Shown here one piece after another: positions 1 through 12,329 of a stretch of DNA of 64,000 nucleotides. Below the pieces are notes generated by a model. The model was not told the origin of the DNA, did no database searches, and saw only the letters and a program-made list of their open reading frames with translations. How positions within the stretch are numbered: the first letter of the stretch is position 1; each line of letters starts with the position of its first letter. A program made the position numbers and the translations under genes. The DNA is from Octopus bimaculoides (Eukaryota), in NCBI RefSeq assembly GCF_001194135.2, contig NC_068983.1, forward strand, positions 31,209,328 to 31,273,327, given 5' to 3'.

Positions 1-859
1 TCTACCAGCCATATGGCATCGAGTGCTAATAATTTTGTAAAAATTTGTCGTCAAGGTTATCTCTTCGCAGTTCAACAAAATAAAATTTTTGCAAATTGCA
101 CGAACGACAGAAAGCTTTGACTGACATCAAATATCGGCTATGAAAAGTTGGCGGCATTAGTGACATCATCGAAAACTATCTGAATGCTGTCAGTATATTG
201 CATCCACATGAAATATGTTGTAGTTGACTAAGCAATCGAAAAATAAAATAAATAAATAAATAAAAAGAAAAATAACACTCAATGAAAACGAGTATACAGG
301 CACAGACATATTAAGAGAATATCAGTGAAACTTAAATGAATAAACAACCAAATAAGAATACAATGTTGTGAAAGATAATTGCACATCAATGTAATAAAAG
401 TTTAACCAAAAGATGACATCAAATGGACTACTGAGTTTACAAATTAACACTCAAAATACACCTTGAGTTTTCTACTGTTGATGGAGCAGCATGATTTGTT
501 CAAACTTCCCCTGTGTTAAAGAATCGTTGAATTTAGATTACAAGATAAAGACTGTAGTTCCATTATTCGTACGCTACAGATTACACAAGGTAACAGATTT
601 TTTTTAAAGTTCTTGATACTTTCTCATTTTTGCATTTTTATATTGAGTTTGGTTTACAGAATATGAATGAAAATCATGAGATTTTGTATACCAACAAAGA
701 TTTGCATAATAATTATGGAAAAATAATATTTATCATAATATAATTTATTGCAATTTCAGCTGCATTATATAATCTATTGTAGACATCGTATAATATAAGC
801 AATTATAAATAATGCAATAGAATTGTAATAATTAAATTGGAACACTGGATCAAAAACGT

Positions 860-2360
860 CAATTAGCTCAGTACTGAAGATTGGGAAGCTCTTGTGATCT
901 CTATTTAGTCGAACCAAGTTCTAAACGCAATCGTTTATCGCTTTATACTATTTCCTCTGAAACTGCTTCTCCATCAGTTATATCTTGATGGAGCCATTCA
1001 CCGTGCTCTTCTAACATGACACTAAGGCTCAGCTGGAAGAACTCCAAATGAGAGTGCAAATAGTGCAGTTAAAGTGACATTTTGCTTCCCATACTTCAGT
1101 AATTTTCTAGCAGTTCTACACATAAAATAATAGCTTTATAATTCTCTGCTTTGATGCTGCTCAGAAGCCTATCGACAACGTTCTTAAATTCCAAGTTCAT
1201 TTCTCTACCAGAATCACTTTCATATTCAGAGATTATTGGATGCAAGTTTTTGCTACATCCGTGGTTCAACAAAACCAAGAGCAACAACTTTTGTGTCAAA
1301 CAACTTGCTGTTTAATGTTAAACGGAGGCAGAAGGATTTTCTTCACGAATACATAAGCATCGTATTTAACATGCAAGACGACAGCTGCAGGCTTTTTTCT
1401 TTTTTTTTTTCTTGTTGCGTTTCCCGTTTCATGTTTTGTTCTATTTCTGCTATCCCACAAACACCAAGTGCAACGTTGCTTATTATACCCATCCCCCGTA
1501 CAATCTGAGCAAGAATCTCAACATCATGAAATCACCGCTTGTAGTCGTTATATTTTCTCTTTTTGAGTAAGATTTATAATTCAATACTTATACAAAGTAA
1601 CCAGCAGAGATAGACGAATACTGGTTGCTGTTATGAAGCATTGTTTTCGGACATCTCGGAAGGAATGAACTATTAACTAAAAACGAAGCGCTTCAAAATT
1701 ATCTCTTACTTGATCATAAAATCACAGCGACTAAGAAAACAAATAAAATAGGCAAGAATTGTATGCCATGTTCGGTACTTCGAAATTGTCAACTTTACTT
1801 CTTGTTGGTTCCATCAGCTCTGTACAAGATTTGGTGAGATTCATTTTTCTTACGGCGCTTATTGGTTTGGGTGTCTGGGTTCATTAACTGAGCACGTTTC
1901 TTCCTCTTCTTGATTTTCATCTTAATCAGACATTTCTATGCCAACTTTGTTATTTGATTTAAAAATTGGACGAGCTGGAACCAGTTGCTGTTTGTCGTGT
2001 AACAGTGATACAATTAAAGATGCGATATTTCTTTTAATCTTTTATAAGTGATCACCTCCACTATACAAAAATAGCAATTGTTTAGATGGTGTGAGGTTCT
2101 CATCAAACTCTGGAATAGCCGAACGCTGTACAGTTTTTACTGCCACACATCCATCTCTCTAATGTAGGTTTGCATCTTTTAAGATTACATGTTGAACCCA
2201 TGGCTTATCCTGGTCTCCAGTGGAAATGCCGAAGTACCTTTCATATGCGACAATAGTTGGTATTCTGCGAAATAATATATTTGACTTGTTTTGAGCCAAT
2301 GTTATGTTCATATACATAACAAAATCAGTCAGCAGATGTCTTGAACCGTCATGAAGCCAT
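860..2360 (-). mobile_element. Decayed Chapaev3-type (CMC/Transib-related) DNA transposase
   Basis: Manual minus-strand translation gives ordered motifs with stops and frameshifts: MAS*RFKTSAD*FCYVY (ATG at 2360), YFGISTGDQDKPWVQHV, AIP..NCYF, KKILLPPFNIK, FKNVVDRLLSSIKAENYK..LLENY (ORF 1096-1299) and MSL*LHYLHSHLEFF..EEHGEWLHQDIT/MEK. These match the family pattern GDQDKPWAPH...LPPLHIK...MSLKIHFLHSH...HGERFHQDI. The family name is from recall. TIRs were not identified. Confidence 0.8.
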
Positions 2361-2489
2361 CATTATGCTATTTGTAATCATCATTATGCTATCTGTAACA
2401 ATCAATCTTTTTTATAATTTTCTTATGCACAACTCGTACAGTTGTCAAAATACAACTTGAAAATTTGTAAAACACTGCTCTTATATACT

Positions 2490-3190
2490 GTTTACGATAG
2501 AATGTTCCAAACAATAAAAAGAAAATTCATCATCACATATTTATAAATACGTCACTATATTTTCTTGAGATTGTATGGTAGTTCATTAACATCTTGTTGG
2601 TATCTCATTATTATATACCTCATTGTCTGCATGTATATGTCAATTCATCGGCATTAGTAATGTTTAGCATTTTTTCTTTACTCTGGAAAGTTCTTCATAG
2701 AAACAGGTCTGATACAAGCATAATTTCAACACAAACGCGATAGAAAATAATTCTTGGTATAACTGACAAAATATTGATAGAAACATGAAACGAATGTTAC
2801 TATCGTATTCAACTACTGCATATATACAAGAAACGTAGAATAATAAAGTGAAACAATTTCGCAAAGGGTAAACTGTTGTGTAAAGGACATTGAAAAAGCC
2901 TATCTCACTTTCTTTACAATCTCGCCCTCCGGAATTGTGACTGATTAAACAAGCACTAAAAACATAACGAAAACAACCTAAACCAAGTAATGTAAACATA
3001 CATTCCCAGCCATAAAGAATCCTCTCGCACGTCACTGAAAGCATCATAATAGATTAAATTGCATCTATTATGAGATCGAAGACATTGTAGCAGTTTGTGA
3101 AACGAGTTAGTGTTGTTTCTGATGCTGAATGTGATGTGGATGATGACGATGTCACCGATGTATTACTGTATGATATGACCAAAGTTCAAT
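2490..3190 (-). pseudogene. Possible decayed rhodopsin-class GPCR-like reading frame
   Basis: Frame of ORF 2664-3047 extended upstream through one stop: NCYNVFDLIIDAI*SIMMLSVTCER (TM3/ERY-like). Later hydrophobic segments follow, and FLLFGTFYRKQY (TM7/helix-8-like) lies about 530 bp downstream in another frame. No TM1-2 seen. Confidence 0.22.
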
Positions 3191-3810
3191 GCTTTGCAGT
3201 ACTTTCAGTTTATTTTCATCCTACCAAGGCATATATAGGGGTTGGTTTAGTTGCCATCATTGTTTAAACTAGCTTTGTGTCCAGGAAAAAGATCTATTTC
3301 AAATTTCATTCTATATTTTTTTTTTTAAATGTATTATGCTGTTCTTTTACTTTTAATCCAGAGCAATTCTGTGCTATCGTGCATTATTCTGTGTTCTTCA
3401 CAGTTGTCCTAATTGTTCTGAAATATCAACAGCGTTCATTCATATTATACGTGAAATAAACGCAGAATTCTATGTGACTCAACACAAGTAAGTCAAGAAT
3501 AGGAATCTTTGAATATTACGAGTATCCTATTTAGGCTTAAAATTCTTGTTTCAAAACAGAATTTTATGACAATATTGCTTTCCTAATAAAAGACTTTTTA
3601 AAAATTATATATACATATATATATATATATATACATATATNNNNNNNNNNNNNNNNNNNNNNNNNNNNNNNNNNNNNNNNNNNNNNNNNNNNNNNNNNNN
3701 NNNNNNNNNNNNNNNNNNNNNNNNNNNNNNNNNNNNNNNNNNNNNNNNNNNNNNNNNNNNNNNNNNNNNNNNNNNNNNNNNNNNNNNNNNNNNNNNNNNN
3801 NNNNNNNNNN

Positions 3811-3960
3811 CCTATGTCATCCTGTTTCCGAAGAAGAACTTTGCTCGAATCGTAAAACAAGCACTCTTCCTTTCCTTCTGAGCGTCTTATTAATACTTTG
3901 CATGTGCCACATCATCACGTTGCTGTTTTTTCTTGTCTTTTTTCTCTGTTTTTATTATAT
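3811..3960 (+). mobile_element. PLE pseudo-LTR fragment with decayed minimal hammerhead (3824-3858)
   Basis: GTTT CCGAAGA A GAAC TTT GCTC GAAT C GTA AAAC. The downstream ...GAGCGTC..TAATAC.. segment resembles that following 60155-60190. Confidence 0.5.
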
Positions 3961-3989
3961 ACATACATAATACATACATATATATAAAT

Positions 3990-4057
3990 ATTTTCATTTT
4001 TTTCATTCTATCTAGTTTCAGCTCATGAGCTGTGGCCATGCTGGGGCACCGCCATTT
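3990..4057 (-). mobile_element. SINE 3' terminus fragment
   Basis: Reverse complement reads GGCGGTGCCCCAGCATGGCCACAGCTCATGAGCTGAAAC, the same tail as 63470-63510. Confidence 0.6.
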
Positions 4058-4576
4058 CATATATTTATTATATATATATATATATATATATATACAAAAT
4101 CACACAGACACAGACACACACATACACACACATATATATATATATATATATACATTCATATATGTATATATTTATATGTATGTACCATTCAGCATAAAGA
4201 TAAGCGATACTAATAATTTCTTGCTGTAAAGACGCATGGCTGCTAAACAGGTTTTCACAACATGCGTTGTATTTCCAAGCAACCTCCAGGCTCTGAGTGC
4301 ATGGTCTGGTCTGTTTGAAAATCATAATGCTGGTCCATGAAAAGTAGCGAAAAAAGAAGCGAGAAAAATTAGAAGGTTCATGCAAACAGTAAAAGGGTGA
4401 ATAAAACCGGAAAAAGAAAAAAAGGAAGACATTTATTAGAGTTACCTCCCCTTTGATTGTAGGAGCCATCATTAAACTAGTTGTAAAATATTTCAACGGA
4501 GAAGTGTCCAAAGTCTACGAGACAGCTGCTCAATTTGGCGAGTGTTCCATCCTCCAATTCGCCAAAAGAAATTTGT

Positions 4577-4805
4577 CCATATCTTTTATCTTTTATCTTT
4601 TAATTGTTTCACTCATTTGACTGCTGCTATGCTGGGGTACCGCCTTGAAAGATTTTAGTCGAATGCATCGACCGCTCTACTTTATTTCTTTTAAAGCCTG
4701 TTACTTATTCCAATGGTCACTTTTATCAAACTGTTAAGTTACGGGGACGTAAACATAGCAACACCGGTTGTCAAACGGTGATGGGAGAAAACACAGACAC
4801 AAAGA
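4577..4805 (-). mobile_element. SINE 3' half
   Basis: Reverse complement aligns by eye to 63310-63530 (..TTGACAAC..GGTGT..TTTACGTCCC..; GGCGGT.CCCCAGCAT..; AAAGATAAAAGAT tail). It abuts a (CA)n tract. Confidence 0.7.
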
Positions 4806-4931
4806 CACTCACTCACACACACAGATACACAGACACAGACACTCACACGCACACACAGACACACAGACACTCAAACACATACAGTCACACACATAGTCAT
4901 ACATACATGTATACACACACACACACACACA

Positions 4932-4977
<46 letters not shown>

Positions 4978-5330
4978 NNNNNNNNNNNNNNNNNNNNNNN
5001 NNNNNNNNNNNNNNNNNNNNNNNNNNNNNNNNNNNNNNNNNNNNNNNNNNNNNNNNNNNNNNNNNNNNNNNNNNNNNNNNNNNNNNNNNNNNNNNNNNNN
5101 NNNNNNNNNNNNNNNNNNNNNNNNNNNNNNNNNNNNNNNNNNNNNNNNNNNNNNNNNNNNNNNNNNNNNNNNNNNNNNNNNNNNNNNNNNNNNNNNNNNN
5201 NNNNNNNNNNNNNNNNNNNNNNNNNNNNNNNNNNNNNNNNNNNNNNNNNNNNNNNNNNNNNNNNNNNNNNNNNNNNNNNNNNNNNNNNNNNNNNNTATAT
5301 GTATGTATATATATATATATATACACACAC

Positions 5331-5530
5331 GATAGGCTTCTTTCAGTTTCCATCTACCAAATCCACTCACGAAGGTTTGGTTGGCTCGAGGTTATCGTAG
5401 GAAAAATGTAAATATCTGCTACTCTTCTGATTTGAAAGAGATATTTTCTTGAAAAGATACTTTCTTGAGATGGTTAATTAATAAGTTGCACGAACGAAAG
5501 CTACTTTAGAGACAAAATGTTCTGTTATAC
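5331..5530. repeat. 200-bp direct repeat, copy 1 (SINE fragment plus unique flank)
   Basis: Matches 6451-6650 with about 5 substitutions. Confidence 0.9.
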
Positions 5531-6067
5531 GCAAGGTCGCATAGGGCATGGCCATGTCTGACCTTTCGCTAATCTGGCTATGAAATGAATTATAATAGGA
5601 AACAAAGCGTTAAGCCTATTTCAGACTTAACCTGATAGAACACCACTGTGATCAACTAACAACACAATAACACGACAATAAGAACTGGAATTAAAATAGA
5701 TATTAACCGAGAATATCATAAGCTATACGATTGTCTCAGAGAATAGTGGCACAGTATCTGACATTGTTACAAAGTAGCTAAGATTCTTGAGAAGGAAGTC
5801 AGGTAACTGGAATCAGTTGCACAGAAAAACAAAATTTCATTGTTTGAACATGAAGAATTATCTGAGATTAAATACTATCCTATTACAGATTTTCTTTCGA
5901 AATAGGTTAAAAGAAAGAAAGAAAAATTAAAATCAGATATCTCCAAGGAGAAAGAAAGGTTGAGAAGTTGTGATCTGTAAATAAACATAGGGTATAACTG
6001 AATTAGGCGAAACTGAAACAATTACTTTGGAATCAACGGCATCAATGTTAAATGAATATTTGTTTTA

Positions 6068-6215
6068 TGTACAAGACCAGCAATTTTGGGGAGATAGTTT
6101 ACCGAAATTATCAAGCACGTTACTTGACTGGTACTTTGTTTAATCGACCCAGAAGTGATGAAAGGAAAAAGTTGTCCTTGGCGCTATTTGAACACAATAT
6201 GTAAAAACTCAGAAC
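6068..6215 (-). mobile_element. Degenerate SINE (same family as 29775-31080)
   Basis: Contains CTGGTACTT..AATCGACCC..GATGAAAGG, the reverse complement of the CCTTTCATC..GGTCGAT..AGTACCAG core. Confidence 0.55.
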
Positions 6216-6375
6216 AAAGAGTGTGAGGTACTTGTCTAGTCACTCTATTAGCAGTCGCCTCCGGCGGCAGATAAATAATTTTGATATTATCAACAAAACC
6301 ATCTTGTATTGGGAACTAAAATTTATTTTAGGCAATAGTCACACACATACATACATGCACACACACACATCTATC

Positions 6376-6450
<75 letters not shown>

Positions 6451-6650
6451 GATAGGCTTCTTTCAGTTTCCATCTACCAAATCCACTCACGAAGGTTTGG
6501 TTGGCTCGAGGCTCTCGTAGGAAAAATGTAAATATCTGCTACTCTTCTGATTTTAAAGAGATATTTTCTTGAAAAGATACTTTCTTGAGATGGTTCATTA
6601 ATAAGTTGCACGAACAAAAGCTACTTTAGAGACAAAATGTTCTGTTATAC
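6451..6650. repeat. 200-bp direct repeat, copy 2
   Basis: Matches 5331-5530 at an offset of 1120 bp. Both copies follow a (TA)n tract. Confidence 0.9.
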
Positions 6651-8443
6651 AGGCCGATTCAACAAACTAATAGTAAAACCCCAGGGGATCTGTCAAACAT
6701 TATTAAAACTAAAGAAAGATATCAGGCTTAATTTTTTTTTTTTCCCCAATGAAAAATATTCTTTATTTTCTTTTAACCGGCCAGGATGGCAGTTTTAATT
6801 TTTCCTGTTAAACTCATAACAAATGTTATTTTTTGTCTGAATACTATTAAATTATTGTTATGAAGATGGAGACGGTGGGTGACGAATAAGGAAGGTGAAA
6901 GATAAAATATTTTGCAGTATATATGACGTCCTTTTTACAGCCAGAGCGCAAAGTCGGCGAACTGGAGGAAGCGTAAGTTAGCTCATGAGATGAACTACCT
7001 TATGTTATTTATTCTGACTTTCTAATCTTCAGATATCAAATATTTCCTTTATCATTCGCAAGTCAATAAATGTATTACTAGTTTAGAGAAGTTGGTAGGG
7101 AGATTCACTAGAGCGTCAGGCAAGAGGCCTTTCAGTATTTGTCCGGTTCTTTGCGTTGTGTGTTCAACTCCTGCTGTAACCAAGTTGCTAGATTTAATCC
7201 ATCTCTCGGCTTCATACCAAAACCTGTTACTTGTGTTGTATCTGTGGAAAACACTTTCTTACAAATACTCGAGCCGGTTTTCTGATTTAAGGACACCTCT
7301 TCACCATCCCAGAGGAACAGAAAAGGGCTATGGGCCTCTGAGATGGTTAGAAGCAACAGAACGAGCTTAGTGACAAAAATCTGCGTTGTCTTTCATCGTC
7401 ATGCTATCAGTCTCTTATTGAAGCCAAATCACTCTAAAGTTTGACGTTTAATGTCATTATAATATAACACCAATTGTTGAATTTATTCAATGATTGAAAC
7501 AAATTACGATCCTTAAAACAGTAGAATATATTGATACTTCTCACTCATAAAATCTTTTTACATAAGCATAAAAACAAATCCTCGTTGTCCTTATCAAATT
7601 GGGGTCATTAGTCTATGTTTACGTGCAGAAAAATAGCTAAACTAAGAAAGAAATATGGAGGAATTTAACAGATTTTACTAATGTTAAGAATGTATGAGTA
7701 TATGTAAAGTGAGACAATTTATAATTGCAAGAATTAAAGGAAATTTCCTCTACGGTATGAAGAATAGTTTTACTGAATAAGATGGCTTGAGGCTAATTTT
7801 GAGAATAAAACAATCTCTAATTAATTTTTGTAATGATCTCTGCATCAATGCACATTTAAATAGCTTTCTTCTCCAAGTTTCCTTATATCCTACAGGCTTT
7901 TGTTCTGCAGAAGACAAAAGCACCAACTTTAAATTTCGGTAAGGTGGGTATTGCATTATTCGGATCATTTGAAATGACACACTAGTCATAAATATTACTC
8001 CTTTTTTTCATTTATGTATTGCGTTTGATGTTAGTATTAGATTCACCAATAAATCGAAAATTTCGCGTAGCAGTTTGTATTGAAATTATTATCATTCAGT
8101 ATTGAGATCATAAATTATAATTTCTGATTTCATACAACAACATAGTAATTTGAATACAAACTCTACTGCATCTATATAAATAATTATTGATATGGATGTA
8201 CAATAAACCATTGTTCAAAGCTGAATCTATATTGAAAACCTCGCAAGTTGTTTCGCAATAAAGGAATTTTTCCTTATATCGCAAATTCAATTTATGTTTA
8301 TCTGGATGCAATGTAAGAGCTCAAGCAAAATGTATCTTCATGCTTAAAATGTCGTTTAAAAAAGCATGAACCCACCCATTTTCAGTCAAAGAATCACCAA
8401 CAATACTCCACTAGAGCTACCCCAGCTGAAGTATTATGCTTCT

Positions 8444-8518
<75 letters not shown>

Positions 8519-10532
8519 GTTGCGTTTGTGTGAGTGATTGTGTGTATGGTTGCGTTTGTGAATATGTTTGCGTATGCATATGTAACTTCACGTCGCAGAA
8601 CGAAGTTTCATTTAAGATTTATATATACTCCATAAAAAGTGACTAAATTTTTCCTCTTCGATTTTTTGTTTTTTCAAAATCAATTTATACTCTTAGGCTT
8701 ATAGCTAACTATTCTTAATCTTTTAGTTTTGCTGTCATATTCTATATTTAAATGTTGCAGGTTTTAGCCTCATGGAACAAGTAATTTAGACGACAAAGAA
8801 CCTTTCTGACTGTCGTAACCACCAGATCATTATCGTCAAAAATGGAGTGGTTTCTCACGTGATTATTCAAAGTGCGTATCACGCTCATCCCAATACAGCT
8901 GGATTGCAGTCAGCAACTAATAAAACTTCACAAACTTCCTCAAGACACGCTCACGGAGCTATGTGGATGATATCCATTCTGGAAACGAGACCACGAAAAT
9001 CCACAAGGCACTGAATGCCTTTTATATTCCATTACCAATCAGTTTAATATTGAATAACTAATGGCATACTGTCCTCCAAGTCTGCTCGACTTTTCCACAT
9101 CCATTTCTTCAACGCGAACACAAGTCTAGTTCTACGAGATGGAGATTAAAAATCTTTTTTTTCTTTTTTACACCAAACTTCTACATATCCAAACATAGTC
9201 GCTGGGGGGAAAATGAATAGATCATCAAAGATTGGATCTGTATCAACTTCTATCAACGGAGAAGAGTTAGCGAATCGATTGTGTGAACTTGTCGTCAGAA
9301 TAACTCTGAGACAATGCCTGTCGCCTGGCCAGGAGATCAACCCTAAAAAAAGAAGGAAGCCTTCTCTCTTGCTTGCCGTCCAACCAGCGCATAGAACGAG
9401 CAACTAGACTCTTTAAACAACAATATTGTTTACAATTTATAGAAAAATCTGTGAGAATCGAAATCAACGTTAAAAAATGAAACAATTTATAGATATGAAT
9501 GTTGTATTAATAATATAAATAATCATCCAGCAAATTAGAAACATAATATATATATATATAGCATACATGTAGCATGATATCATTTTCTAATAAATTTACT
9601 CTTTCGCGATATTTATATTCCAATATATTACTGCTCCAATCATAAATTTATCTCACTTTTACGAAATCTTTTGCTAACATGCAATGCAAGAAAAACCTAT
9701 TATCTTTATATTTGAGAGATAATTATTCCTGTTAGTAATACAATGTTCATTTCAGTTAGTTGATTCACAATTATTTTAACGTTAATTCCAGTTGGTAGAG
9801 CTCTTTATGTAATACTTTTTTAATGAGCAAAATGATCGGAACAATCTTCTAGATAATTTTGTATTTTCTCATTACTTTGCAGTGATAAAATGTTTCACCG
9901 ATTTTAATAAACAGTAATTTCTGTTAAGATCTCTATTTTGCTTCCCACTGATGTCAGCATCATACAAGTTGGTTTACTACTGGGAGAGCAAGAGGTGAAG
10001 CATATGTCCAAAGAAGAATATCTAAATATTTATATCATGATTTTATTTTCTCGTGACTTTACATTTTAACATTATTGCTCAAAACATGAATTTATTTCAT
10101 ATATATCAAAATCTTTGCGAAGAATGTATTTTTGTTATATTTGCGAGATATTTATATAATCATTATAATGCTCATTTCAGTAAATTGATTTTAAAATATT
10201 TCGGCCATCCCTGCGCTTTCTTTTTGTATTTTTCAAATAGAAATACAAAAACGACGAAAATATAGTCAGTGTGAAATTTAGTGTATATTTAGTAGATATT
10301 TAGTAGATAATGAACTTTATGTATATGACATGATTATATAAAATGGAGCAACATAATACAGTCATCACGAGTATCAAGTGTAAGTCAAACATTTTTTGTT
10401 GGGAAACTTAATTCACGAGTGGGTGCTAATTTATTCGGTCAACACGAATGCACTCGAATGTCTCATATCTTCTTTAATTTTGCAGAGAATTTGATACTTT
10501 CTACCAACAGACAGATAATCTCAAAACAACTC

Positions 10533-10594
10533 GCATCCAAGTTTCAGATGCATCCAAGTTTCAGATGCATCCAAGTTTCAGATGCATCCAAGTT
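10533..10594. repeat. 17-bp tandem repeat (GCATCCAAGTTTCAGAT), about 3.6 copies
   Basis: Read directly; no spacers between units. Confidence 0.9.
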
Positions 10595-10871
10595 TTGAAA
10601 ATGGTTACCGTTTTCTCAGAATGAGGACATCCTGGTACAACAAATGTTTTTTTTTATATATATATATATACAGATAAGGGTATATATATACATCAACGTA
10701 CATAAATGCATATATATATATATAATCATAAATTAAAGTCTTAAGCAGTTAAAATATCAGAAAGTATGACACAGACACAACAAAGTACAAGAAACACGTG
10801 TTAGTTTAACGCTTGAAAAGAATATTGAAATGAGAATAGAGTATGGTGAGTCCTTTTTCACAAAGAGAAAC

Positions 10872-10930
<59 letters not shown>

Positions 10931-11007
10931 GGTTAGATTGGATGGGGCAGAGTTTAAAAAATGATAAAAACAAAAGAGAGCTTCTAAAGATTTAAGAAAT
11001 TATTTAA

Positions 11008-11047
<40 letters not shown>

Positions 11048-11048
<1 letters not shown>

Positions 11049-11205
11049 GATGGGCTTCTTTCGCTTTCCGTCTACCAAATCCACTCACAAGGCTTTGGTC
11101 GGCCCGACGCTACAGTTGAAGACACCTGCTCAAGATGCCACGCATTGGGGTTGAGCTCGGAACCATGTGGTTGAGAAGCAAACTTCCTGCCACACAACCA
11201 CACCG
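11048..11205 (-). mobile_element. tRNA-derived SINE, 5' half
   Basis: Reverse complement reads GGTTGTGTGGCAGGAAGTTTGC..CATGGTTCCGAGCTCAACCCC..GTGAGTGGATTTGGTAGACGGAAAGCGAAAGAAGCCC then (TA)n. Same family as 62696-62840. Confidence 0.8.
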
Positions 11206-11506
11206 ACATAAGTAGAATAACTTCAGACTATGCAATAGAAGCAGCACAATAGTGTAAATATTACCAGCACTACATACTTAAGTACGTGTGTTCTTTCAAC
11301 GTCAGAAGTTGTAGTTTTCTGTCCGGGAAAAATCCCATTAAAAACGTTCAGTATAGAGTTAAAAAAACAAAAAAGCTTAAGAGTTAGGCCTTAATGTGTA
11401 GCCTATAGAGCTGCTTCTATCATATAATCTGAGTTTGTTCTACTGAAGCAATGCCATTTCATATCAGCAAATAACTTATACGCTATCTGTATATACTTTC
11501 GACAGT

Positions 11507-11568
11507 GGAGACGCAATGGCCCAGTGGTTAGGGCAGTGGACTCGCCGTTTCAATTCCCAGACGGGGAA
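11507..11568 (+). mobile_element. Truncated tRNA-like SINE head
   Basis: GGAGACGCAATGGCCCAGTGGTTAGGGCAG..TTTCAATTCCCAGAC, with A/B-box-like motifs. Same head as 62863-63159. Confidence 0.7.
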
Positions 11569-11714
11569 TGAACAATTTTCATCAAAACAATGATATAATT
11601 TGTCGACTTGGAACTTATTGCAAAGCTGCATGATAAACATTTTTTGTCTTCACATTCAGGGGTCATGACAATTTCTTTTTACTATCTAACCTATCTCTTT
11701 CTCTCTCTTTCTGT

Positions 11715-12030
11715 TGATTGTTTTCAATCATCATCATCATCAATACCTCCACCATCGTCACCACAACCGCCATACAGACACCGTTCAGACTTTTGACGCC
11801 ACCACCTTCAATACCTTTGACTTCGACACCTTCCCTCCACCACTATCACCACTCTCTTTCACATCACTTGCTATCACCATTGTCCCTGACTGCTTCAGCT
11901 ACCACCACCACCATCATCACCGTCACCTCCGCCTCTATCACAGCTACAGCTCATACTATTACTATCACCTCATTACCATCACAACCGTCAATCTACTACC
12001 GTCTGTATGCCTACTATTACTCTCACCTCA
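11715..12030. repeat. Degenerate (CAC/CAT)n low-complexity tract
   Basis: Explains the His/Thr-rich ORFs at 11714-12062. Confidence 0.8.
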
Positions 12031-12122
12031 AAATGAGCAATAGTAGGAGTATCAATGAATAGTGAGAGAGGGATCGAAGTGTGACACACTGACACACAGA
12101 AATTAGTTTTCGCATTTACTAT

Positions 12123-12169
<47 letters not shown>

Positions 12170-12171
12170 AT

Positions 12172-12226
<55 letters not shown>

Positions 12227-12329
12227 NNNNNNNNNNNNNNNNNNNNNNNNNNNNNNNNNNNNNNNNNNNNNNNNNNNNNNNNNNNNNNNNNNNNNNNNNN
12301 ATATATATAGTTTTTTTTCAGAATGACAT

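Noticed and set aside
7092-8000. Several 70-90-aa ORFs with a faint L1/Tx1-like FWYEAERWI segment
   Set aside because: A single short motif is not enough to assign an element or gene.
8108-8345. J-domain-like ALTLHPDKH..KEKF..EVF on the minus strand
   Set aside because: There is a stop immediately upstream, no helix I/II similarity and no splice support; likely chance.
8760-9420. Possible Penelope remnant (RSYVDDI; REH; YQRRRVSESI)
   Set aside because: The motifs are short, frameshifted and too close together for an RT-to-GIY-YIG layout; not supportable without a search.
10533-10594. Short repeat arrays as CRISPR-like (also 19536-19579, 22608-22663, 59227-59272)
   Set aside because: Head-to-tail units with no unique spacers, in a eukaryotic context with no cas genes.
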